A DNA stretch of 43,748 nucleotides, taken from the NCBI GenBank assembly GCA_050175015.1, contig JBFXJJ010000018.1:1-43748 (forward strand), given 5' to 3'. The DNA comes from Alphaproteobacteria bacterium (lineage in GTDB: Bacteria > Pseudomonadota > Alphaproteobacteria > JBFXJJ01). The notes beneath the pieces are model-generated. The model saw only the letters and a list, made by a program, of their open reading frames with translations, had not been told where the DNA came from and searched no databases. Made by a program: the position numbers and the translations under genes. Below are positions 1 to 7,460 of the stretch, piece by piece. Every line of letters starts with the position of its first letter. Within the stretch, counting starts at the first letter, position 1.

Positions 1-104
1 ATGATACCTTTCTTGAAGAAGAGACGTTTTTTAGTTATCGCAGGTCAACAAAACGTGCCGAAGCCGATTATGGCTGTCAAGTTTCGGTTATAGTTATTAA
101 ATAG
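1..104 (+). CDS. pgeF: 3' end of a PgeF/YfiH (DUF152, laccase-domain) protein, truncated by the window edge
   Basis: Frame from nt 3 reads DTFLEEETFFSYRRSTKRAEADYGCQVSVIVIK* (TAG 102-104). FFSYRR...DYG.Q.S.I is the typical C-terminus of YfiH/PgeF. Not in the supplied ORF track. Confidence 0.75.
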   Translation, partial: DTFLEEETFFSYRRSTKRAEADYGCQVSVIVIK

Positions 105-126
105 TTTTTTTAAATGGAGTTTTTAA

Positions 127-1746
127 ATGATTAAAGATGATTTATGGTGGAAGGGTGCTGTAATTTATCAAATTTATCCTAGAAGTTTTTATGATGGAAA
201 CAATGATGGTATAGGTGATTTAAAAGGCGTTACCGCTAAAATTGATTATTTGGCATCACTTGGAATAGATGCTATTTGGCTTTCTCCTATCTTTAAATCG
301 CCGATGAAAGACTTCGGCTATGATGTGTCCGATTATCGAGACATTGACCCTCTATTCGGTTCTATCGACGATTTTAAAGCTATGCTTGATAAAGCGCATA
401 GCAAAAATATTAAGGTCTTACTGGATTTTGTTCCCAGCCATACCTCTGATAAGCACCCTTGGTTTGAAGAAAGCCGTCAAAGCAGAGATAATCCTAAATC
501 CGATTGGTATATGTGGGCAGATGCCAAAGATGACGGCACTCCTCCTAATAATTGGATGTCAATATTCGGTGGCGTTGCTTGGGAGTGGGATTCTCGAAGA
601 AGACAATATTATCTTCACAATTTTTTAAAAGAACAGCCTGATTTGAATTGGAATAATCCTGAAGTTGTTGAAACAATGCTTTCGGAAATGGAATTCTGGC
701 TTAAACTAGGAGTTGACGGTTTTAGGCTGGACGTGATTTCTTTTTGTATTAATGATAAAGAACTGCGGGATAACCCTCCTTATGGCAAAGAAAAAATAAA
801 AACGTTTTCAGGGCAGTTTGCAGACAACCCTTATTATTATCAAAAACATATCTATGATAATAATCGTCCTGAGATGATAGCTATTTTGAATAAAATCAGA
901 AAATTGGTAGATAGCTACGGCGCTAATATGACGGTTGGTGAAATTTCATCAGATGATCCTATAAAAACCGCAGCCGAATATTGCAAGGGCAAAGATCGTC
1001 TGCATATGGGATATAATTTTGAACTTTTATCGGCTGATTTATCGACTAGGCATATTCAAAAAACCGTTGAAAGATTAGAATCTTTAATTGAAGACGGTTG
1101 GCCTTGCTGGTCCTTTAGTAATCACGATACGGTTAGAGTTCGTACAAGATGGGGCAAAGGCGTAAATCATAAGGATTTTAGTAAAGTTATTAATGCTTTA
1201 CTGCTTAGTTTAAGAGGAACAGTTTGTGTCTATCAAGGCGACGAGCTTGGCATTCCGCAGGCCTTTGTTCCTTATGAAAGGCTGCAAGATCCGTATGGCA
1301 TTACCTTTTGGCCAGCGGAAACAGGCAGAGATGGTTGCCGAACACCGCTTCCGTGGTCAGATCAAAAGTCATATAATGGCTTTTCTATGATAGATCCGTG
1401 GCTTCCTGCGATTGAGGAACACAAGCCGTTAGCCGTTAATATTCAAGAGGAACAGAAAACATCTATTCTTAATCATTTCCGCCAATTTTTAAAACGCCGC
1501 AATGAATTTAAAGCGATGAGAAATGGAGAAATAGAATTTTTTGATGCTCCTAAAGACTGCTTAATTTTTGCTCGAGTTAAAGAAGATGAAAAAATTCTAA
1601 CTGTTTTTAATCTTAGCTCAGATGATGTTAAGATTAATCTTCCTAAAGAAGTTGAAGCATTATCTGGTTTTGGGTTTGATGCGGCATTAGAAAGTTCTAA
1701 TACGGTTAATATGCCAGCTTGGAGTGCGTTCTTTGGAAAATTTTAG
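127..1746 (+). CDS. GH13 alpha-glucosidase (AglA/oligo-1,6-glucosidase-like)
   Basis: WWKGAVIYQIYPRSF, GYDVSDY, QPDLN, GFRLDV (nucleophile), VGEI (acid/base), SNHD, YQGDELG and GRDGCRTP motifs; GGAG RBS upstream. Confidence 0.93.
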   Translation: MIKDDLWWKGAVIYQIYPRSFYDGNNDGIGDLKGVTAKIDYLASLGIDAIWLSPIFKSPMKDFGYDVSDYRDIDPLFGSIDDFKAMLDKAHSKNIKVLLDFVPSHTSDKHPWFEESRQSRDNPKSDWYMWADAKDDGTPPNNWMSIFGGVAWEWDSRRRQYYLHNFLKEQPDLNWNNPEVVETMLSEMEFWLKLGVDGFRLDVISFCINDKELRDNPPYGKEKIKTFSGQFADNPYYYQKHIYDNNRPEMIAILNKIRKLVDSYGANMTVGEISSDDPIKTAAEYCKGKDRLHMGYNFELLSADLSTRHIQKTVERLESLIEDGWPCWSFSNHDTVRVRTRWGKGVNHKDFSKVINALLLSLRGTVCVYQGDELGIPQAFVPYERLQDPYGITFWPAETGRDGCRTPLPWSDQKSYNGFSMIDPWLPAIEEHKPLAVNIQEEQKTSILNHFRQFLKRRNEFKAMRNGEIEFFDAPKDCLIFARVKEDEKILTVFNLSSDDVKINLPKEVEALSGFGFDAALESSNTVNMPAWSAFFGKF

Positions 1747-2665
1747 TAAAGATTTTTTTACTTGGGATTTTTGGTATCATTTCGATAGTAACGCCAAAAA
1801 ATTCAAAGTTTTTTTCTTAAATGCCCCAATCTCATTGAAGCAGAATGAACAGCATCATTTTTCATCAAAAATTGGTTATGCGGAAACGGCAGATTTTGAA
1901 AACTTCGGTAATATTAATTACAATGTTTTTGAAGCCGAGCCGTCGTCTTGGGATAACAGCTCAATTTGGTCAGGAGATGTGATTGCTTCCAACGATAAGC
2001 TTTTGTTTTTTTATACATCAAGGGACAAAAATCTTGATGATGGTATGACTCAAAATATTGGGCTTGCTGTAAGCGATAATGGCGGACTTTCTTGGGAAAG
2101 AAGGGGTCTTAAACTAGAGCCTTGCGAAGATTATTTTTTAACCAAAGCTCTGCCTACCGAAAAAACAACGCATTCGTGGCGGGATCCATTCTTATTTAAT
2201 AGCGATGGTAAGGCTATGATGCTGGTTTCTGCTAAAAGTAAAGAGGGCGTAGATAATTATCGTGGAGCTATTGCCCTTTTAATGGCGTCCAAAGGAAGAT
2301 TAGATAATTTTGAGACTGCCGTGCCTTTTTTAGATCCTGGTTTGTTTGGTGAAATGGAAGTGCCGCAGATTTTTGTTGACGAAAATGGGGCAGGGTTGGT
2401 TGCTTTTTCGTGCTTAAAAGAACACGATCATTTTCTAGAAAAAGGCGGTTTTTATGCTATCAGGCTTCCTAGAAATAATTTTAGTAAGCCATCGAAGCCA
2501 GAATTAATTTTAAGCCAAGACAGCGGAATTTATGCTGCAAGAGTAATACCTGAACTTGGAGGCGAGATTATTGGCTTCGATTTTAAAAATGGCGGAATTA
2601 AAAAAAGCGGTCAAAAGGTCTTATGGCAGCACCCTAAACGCAATTTTGATGGTTTTAGTTTTTAA
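1724..2665 (+). CDS. Clan GH-J (GH32/GH68-like) five-bladed beta-propeller glycoside hydrolase, putative beta-fructofuranosidase
   Basis: WDFWY (nucleophile Asp), IWSGD, WRDPF (RDP motif) and EMEVPQ (acid/base Glu). No signal peptide and no C-terminal beta-sandwich. GTG start overlaps the upstream gene, so the start is uncertain. Confidence 0.75.
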   Translation: MRSLENFSKDFFTWDFWYHFDSNAKKFKVFFLNAPISLKQNEQHHFSSKIGYAETADFENFGNINYNVFEAEPSSWDNSSIWSGDVIASNDKLLFFYTSRDKNLDDGMTQNIGLAVSDNGGLSWERRGLKLEPCEDYFLTKALPTEKTTHSWRDPFLFNSDGKAMMLVSAKSKEGVDNYRGAIALLMASKGRLDNFETAVPFLDPGLFGEMEVPQIFVDENGAGLVAFSCLKEHDHFLEKGGFYAIRLPRNNFSKPSKPELILSQDSGIYAARVIPELGGEIIGFDFKNGGIKKSGQKVLWQHPKRNFDGFSF

Positions 2666-2737
2666 GACCTGTCATAGGGCAAAAATATAAACTTTATTTT
2701 TGAATGCAAGAAAATCAAAAGTACTCTAAATAAACAG

Positions 2738-2776
2738 TAATGCAAGGGGGCTAAATTAATAAGCCCCCTTGCATTA
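2738..2776. terminator. Hairpin between convergent genes, likely terminator
   Basis: Perfect 15-bp inverted repeat TAATGCAAGGGGGCT / AGCCCCCTTGCATTA with a 9-nt loop. Confidence 0.75.
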
Positions 2777-2807
2777 ACAAATAATTAGTCTTTTGCCTAA
2801 ATATAAA

Positions 2808-3488
2808 TTATTTTTCTTGAGCGCCAACAGGCATAAAGTAAATTACTTCTTCATCATTATCAAATTTGAATAAATCTTTAACAACGGTTTCATTAAAAGA
2901 AACAACCGTAACCGTTCCTAGTTTTAAGGCTTCGGCTGCTAAATAAAGGTTTTGACTAGCATGACCTGTTTCCATATAAGCAAACTTGCTTCCTAAATCT
3001 TTAAAACCAGCGGTTTTGTTGTGTATTGATGTAAAAATAACGACAGCTTTGGCATTAACCATAGATGCTTGATTATTTGCTGACGCAGCGATGCTTTTGC
3101 TGAAATCGCCCGCTAGCTTCAAAGTTAGGCTGTTTTCAGCGCCGTTGTATTGGTAAATACCTTGGGATAAACCATTGACGTTATTGACGACGACATAGGT
3201 ATTTAAAGGGTACGTAGCTCTAGCTGATGGAGCTGTTCTCTTCCCTGATGCATCGGTTTGTCCTTGAGCTGCAAAGAGAAGAGCTGCAACTTCTTCGACT
3301 TCTAAGGCACGGGCATCAAAAGTCCTGCGAGAACGCCTGTTCTTTATCGCATCATATAAAGAGGCATCATTAAAATTGGTAATTTCTGGAAGTTTTATAA
3401 TATTGTTTTCATTAGCTCTTGTTAGGTTTGTTGTTAAAAAGCTAATCGTTACTACTGCTGCTAATACAGCTAATTTTTTGCTAATCAT
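2808..3488 (-). CDS. SagB/ThcOx-type nitroreductase-fold flavoprotein with N-terminal signal peptide
   Basis: RRSRRTF, LLFAAQG, RTAPSA..TYP, METGHASQNLYL.AEALKLG motifs; N-terminus MISKKLAVLAAVVTISFLTTNLTRA resembles a Sec signal. Confidence 0.85.
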   Translation of the reverse strand: MISKKLAVLAAVVTISFLTTNLTRANENNIIKLPEITNFNDASLYDAIKNRRSRRTFDARALEVEEVAALLFAAQGQTDASGKRTAPSARATYPLNTYVVVNNVNGLSQGIYQYNGAENSLTLKLAGDFSKSIAASANNQASMVNAKAVVIFTSIHNKTAGFKDLGSKFAYMETGHASQNLYLAAEALKLGTVTVVSFNETVVKDLFKFDNDEEVIYFMPVGAQEK

Positions 3489-3512
3489 TTTTAGTTACTC
3501 TTATAATTATTG

Positions 3513-4091
3513 TTATTTTTTATTGTTTTTCTTCTTTTTTTTAACTGAAAATCCGAGTTTGCCAAGCCTTCTTCCTAGGGCGAAATACTGTCCGTGGCAA
3601 AAAGCAACCAGTTTGCTTTTTTCAATATGGAAAACCCCTTTTTTATCAATTAAACTTTCATCGACATTAACAGCAACAATTTCAGATAAGAACATATCGT
3701 GAGATCCTAGTGTAATAATGTCTTTTACCCTGCATTCAAGGCTGAGCGGGCTTTCGGCAATCATCGGGGTGTTAATGATATTGCTTTTTTCAGGTGTAAG
3801 CTGCATATCTTTGAATTTATCGAATTTTTCTCCAGATTTTACGCCGCAGTAATCAACAGCTCTTAACAGACTTTCATTGGGAAGATTAATAACAAATTCT
3901 TTCGTATTGGTTATTATTTTGTGAGAGAACCTGCTGGGACGAACCGAAATATAGGTCATAGCTGGGTCGCTGTTAATAATTCCTGTCCAAGCAATAGTTA
4001 AGACATTTGGCTTTTCCATATCACCGCAAGAAATCAGAGCAGGAGGAATGGGATATAACATTGTTCCCGCTTTCCACATAGTTTTAGACAT
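3513..4091 (-). CDS. Flavin reductase-like (flavoredoxin) family protein
   Basis: LYPIPPALISCG, NVLTIAWTG, ISVRPSRFS, EFVINLP, CGVKSG..DKF, P.IAESPLSLECRV and GSHDMF motifs. Confidence 0.88.
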   Translation of the reverse strand: MSKTMWKAGTMLYPIPPALISCGDMEKPNVLTIAWTGIINSDPAMTYISVRPSRFSHKIITNTKEFVINLPNESLLRAVDYCGVKSGEKFDKFKDMQLTPEKSNIINTPMIAESPLSLECRVKDIITLGSHDMFLSEIVAVNVDESLIDKKGVFHIEKSKLVAFCHGQYFALGRRLGKLGFSVKKKKKNNKK

Positions 4092-4187
4092 ACTTCACCT
4101 TGTGTTTATTAATTAGAATAAGAAACTATCAAAGCACAAAAAAAATATTTAGAAAAGATTTTTAAATAAAAAGAGCTTAGAAAAGCA

Positions 4188-6131
4188 TCATTCTGTGGCT
4201 AATGCTAAAACAGGATCTAATTTTGCAGCTTTGCGGGCAGGCAGAAAACCAAAAACTAATCCAGTCAAGAAAGCACAAGAAAAAGCTAAGGCTGCAGGCA
4301 TTACTGAAAAGACAACACTCATACCAAAACGCTCGGCAATTAAACCTGCAATCACTCCAAACAAAATACCTAAAACACCTCCAAGAGCAGAAACAACAGC
4401 GGCCTCAATATTAAATTGCAAAAATATGTCACGCATTCTGGCTCCAGTTGCCATTCTGATGCCAATTTCTTTGGTTCTTTCTGTTACACTAACGAGCATA
4501 ATATTCATAACACCGATACCGCCAACCAATAAGGATATTGCGGCAACAGCTGCCAGCAAGATCGTTAGGGTATCTTGAGCTGCGGTAACGGTATCTAAGA
4601 CAGATGACATATTGCGAACTTTAAAGTCTTCTTCTTGGTGGCGTTTGTTTAAAAGTTCAGTAATAGCATCTTGAGTGTCATTTATTGTGTCGACGTCAGT
4701 TACTCTAACCGTAATGGTATTTAAGTGGTTATTGCCGAATATTTTGGTAAGACCTGTCGTAACGGGAATCAGAATCATATCGTCTTGATCTCTTCCCATA
4801 GGGTTGGCGCCTTTTTCTTCCATAATGCCAATTACCTGGAACGGAATATTTTTGATAAGAATAAATTTGTTGATAGGGTCGTTTTCATAAGGAAATAGCG
4901 TATCTTTTATAGTTTTACCAATAACAGCGACGGTTGCATAAGAACTCATATCTCGTTTATTAAAGAAAAATCCCTGTTTAACGTCCCAGTCTTTGGCTTT
5001 AGGGAAGTCGGTGCTGACACCTTGGATAGATGTTTGATAATCAACATTACCATAACGAACAGTAGTTGTTGTGCTGCGTTCAGGTACAACAGCTTCAACA
5101 TTGGGGACTTCGGCTATTGCTTCGGCATCAGATATAACCAAGGTTACAATATCTCCAGAGCCTCTAAACCCAGGAAGACCAGGTCTTACCATAATCAAAT
5201 TAGTTCCCATTTCGCTGATTTTATCAACGATTTTTTGTTTACTGCCATCACCTATAGCAAGCATCGTTACAACTGCGGCTACTCCAATGATGATGCCAAG
5301 TAAAGTTAGAGCTGTGCGAAACAAATTGGCTTGTAAAGACTTGACGGCAATTCTTACAGCTTCATAAATGCTTTCTATTAGGCGACTTTCGGTTCTAGTT
5401 TTATCTTTGAAGGTTACGGCATTAAATGAGTTGTTTTCGTAAGTATTAGTGTCTTCAATGATTTTGCCGTCAGATATTTTTACCATACGTTTAGCGTGGC
5501 TCGCGATATTGATATCATGAGTAATGAGAACTATTGTGCGTCCTTCTTTGTTAAGCTGTTTGAGAAGAGTTAAAACATCTTCCCCGCTTTTGCTGTCAAG
5601 AGCGCCAGTTGGTTCATCGGCTAGAATAAGCGGAGGGTCATTAACTAATGCTCTAGCAATCGCTACCCTTTGCTGTTGACCGCCTGAGAGTTCGGAAGGA
5701 GTGTGTTCTGATCTTTCTTTAACGCCCAATTTATCGAGTAAATCAAGAGCGATAGATGAGCGTTCTTCTTTGGGAACTCCTGCATAAACAGAAGGCACTT
5801 CAACATTTTCTCTAGCATTAGATGTTGCTAAAAGATTATATCGTTGAAAGACAAAACCGAAGGTTTCGCGGCGTAATCTTGCTAATTCATCGACACTCAT
5901 TAATGAGGTTTCTTTTCCCGAAACAAAATATTTTCCTGAAGTTGGTTTATCAAGACAGCCAATAATATTCATCAGGGTTGATTTTCCCGAACCAGATTGT
6001 CCCATAATGGCAACAAACTCACCTTGGTGTATTGTTAAAGAGACCTTATTTAGGGCATATATCTTGTTATCGCCGTTTTGATAAATCTTAGTGATATTAT
6101 CAAGTTCCAGCAAAGGTTTTTGATTTGACAT
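4188..6131 (-). CDS. macB: MacB-family ABC transporter (ATPase-permease fusion)
   Basis: Walker A GQSGSGKS, LSGGQQQRVAIARAL, ILADEPTGALD, periplasmic domain, and FtsX-like C-terminus (GGIGVMNIMLVSVTERTKEIGIR). Confidence 0.93.
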   Translation of the reverse strand: MSNQKPLLELDNITKIYQNGDNKIYALNKVSLTIHQGEFVAIMGQSGSGKSTLMNIIGCLDKPTSGKYFVSGKETSLMSVDELARLRRETFGFVFQRYNLLATSNARENVEVPSVYAGVPKEERSSIALDLLDKLGVKERSEHTPSELSGGQQQRVAIARALVNDPPLILADEPTGALDSKSGEDVLTLLKQLNKEGRTIVLITHDINIASHAKRMVKISDGKIIEDTNTYENNSFNAVTFKDKTRTESRLIESIYEAVRIAVKSLQANLFRTALTLLGIIIGVAAVVTMLAIGDGSKQKIVDKISEMGTNLIMVRPGLPGFRGSGDIVTLVISDAEAIAEVPNVEAVVPERSTTTTVRYGNVDYQTSIQGVSTDFPKAKDWDVKQGFFFNKRDMSSYATVAVIGKTIKDTLFPYENDPINKFILIKNIPFQVIGIMEEKGANPMGRDQDDMILIPVTTGLTKIFGNNHLNTITVRVTDVDTINDTQDAITELLNKRHQEEDFKVRNMSSVLDTVTAAQDTLTILLAAVAAISLLVGGIGVMNIMLVSVTERTKEIGIRMATGARMRDIFLQFNIEAAVVSALGGVLGILFGVIAGLIAERFGMSVVFSVMPAALAFSCAFLTGLVFGFLPARKAAKLDPVLALATE

Positions 6132-7309
6132 TATAAGAATCCCGGAGGTGGCGGCATATTATCTTTGTTTTTGCTTTTTTCTCCTGAGGCTGCAGTTTTG
6201 CCATCTGCCAGTAAAACTTGATCCCCAACATTTAAGCCAGAAACAACTTGTGCTATGCTGCGATTGTTTAAACCAATGTTAATAATTCTTTCTACAGGTC
6301 TTCCATTTTCTAAAACCATTACCTTATAAGCAGTTGTATCATCAGTGTCTTTATCTTCAATATGATAAGTCAAAGTATCAGTTGAAATCATCGGAACATT
6401 TTCTGCTTTACCTATGACAAAGAAAACCTGTGTACTCATTCCTGTCATTAATTTGCGGTCTTTGTTATCAACGTCAATTAAGACATTATATAGAACAACT
6501 TCATTAACTATTTCTGGAGAAGGTTCAATCTGGCGAACTTTGCCGTACCATTTACGATTTTGCATACCAAGGGTAGTAAAATAAACGTCCATATTTTCAT
6601 TAATACGAGAGACATCTGCTTCTGCAACTTCAGCGATAACCGTCATTGTATCAAGATCTGCTACTTGAACAATAGTTGGAGCAGATTGGCTGGCGTTTAA
6701 AGTTTGTCCTTCTTTTGCTTCTTTTAATGCGATTATCCCTGACATAGGAGCATAGATTTTAGTATATCCAAGATTGGTGATGCTTTCAGATAAGTTAGAT
6801 TCCAGTTCCTCAATTTGAGCCTTAATTGATTCTAATTTAGAATAAGCAACATCTTTTTCTGATTCAATTTCTTCAAAGGTTTCTTGGCTAACATTGTTGG
6901 TTTCAAGGAGCCTTTTGTTTCTTTTATATTTACTTTCGGCAAGTTTGATGTTGGCATTTTGTTCAGATATTTGAGCTTTTAAAGATTTAAGTTTAGCTTT
7001 GTTAGCAAGAACTTGAGTTTCATAAACTCTAGGGTCTATCTCGGCTATGAGATCACCTTCTTTAACATAATCACCAATTTCGACGTGGAGTTTTTCTAAT
7101 TGGCCAGAAACTTGAGTTCCGACATCAACGTAATCTTTAGGTTCCAATGATCCTTGCGCGGTTACAAGTTCTTCAATGCTGCCGAGTGATACGGTGAATA
7201 TTTTTTGGCTAGGAGTTTTAGTCTCAACCTTTTTGGCACTAAATTTACTATATGCTGCAAAAGAAGCTATAATTAATATTAATAAAATAACCAGCGTTTT
7301 CTTTTTCAT
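6131..7309 (-). CDS. macA: MacA-family periplasmic adaptor (membrane fusion protein)
   Basis: N-terminal TM anchor, VDVGTQVSGQL lipoyl half-motif, coiled hairpin, YTKIYAPMSG, EGQTLNASQSAP; 1-nt overlap with macB. Confidence 0.9.
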   Translation of the reverse strand: MKKKTLVILLILIIASFAAYSKFSAKKVETKTPSQKIFTVSLGSIEELVTAQGSLEPKDYVDVGTQVSGQLEKLHVEIGDYVKEGDLIAEIDPRVYETQVLANKAKLKSLKAQISEQNANIKLAESKYKRNKRLLETNNVSQETFEEIESEKDVAYSKLESIKAQIEELESNLSESITNLGYTKIYAPMSGIIALKEAKEGQTLNASQSAPTIVQVADLDTMTVIAEVAEADVSRINENMDVYFTTLGMQNRKWYGKVRQIEPSPEIVNEVVLYNVLIDVDNKDRKLMTGMSTQVFFVIGKAENVPMISTDTLTYHIEDKDTDDTTAYKVMVLENGRPVERIINIGLNNRSIAQVVSGLNVGDQVLLADGKTAASGEKSKNKDNMPPPPGFL

Positions 7310-7351
7310 ATTTTTCTGCCCTTAATTTTATAATCATATAAAATATATTGA

Positions 7352-7413
7352 AGCATACTAAAGTATCAAAAATATTTCAAATCAAAGTAAGTTTTGTAAC
7401 AAATAGTAACAAA
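7352..7413 (-). promoter_or_regulatory. Putative macAB sigma70 promoter with upstream tandem repeat
   Basis: Minus strand TTGAAA (7380-7375)-17 nt-TATGCT (7357-7352); GTAACAAA direct repeat at 7396-7403 and 7406-7413. Confidence 0.45.
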
Positions 7414-7460
7414 ACGCCTAAGTATGTATAAAATTTAATCAGATTGTGAAAGTTTAAAAG

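Noticed and set aside
2808-3488. SagB-like gene as evidence for a thiazole/oxazole RiPP cluster exported by MacAB
   Set aside because: No YcaO cyclodehydratase and no Cys/Ser-rich precursor peptide are present, and the protein seems to have a signal peptide.
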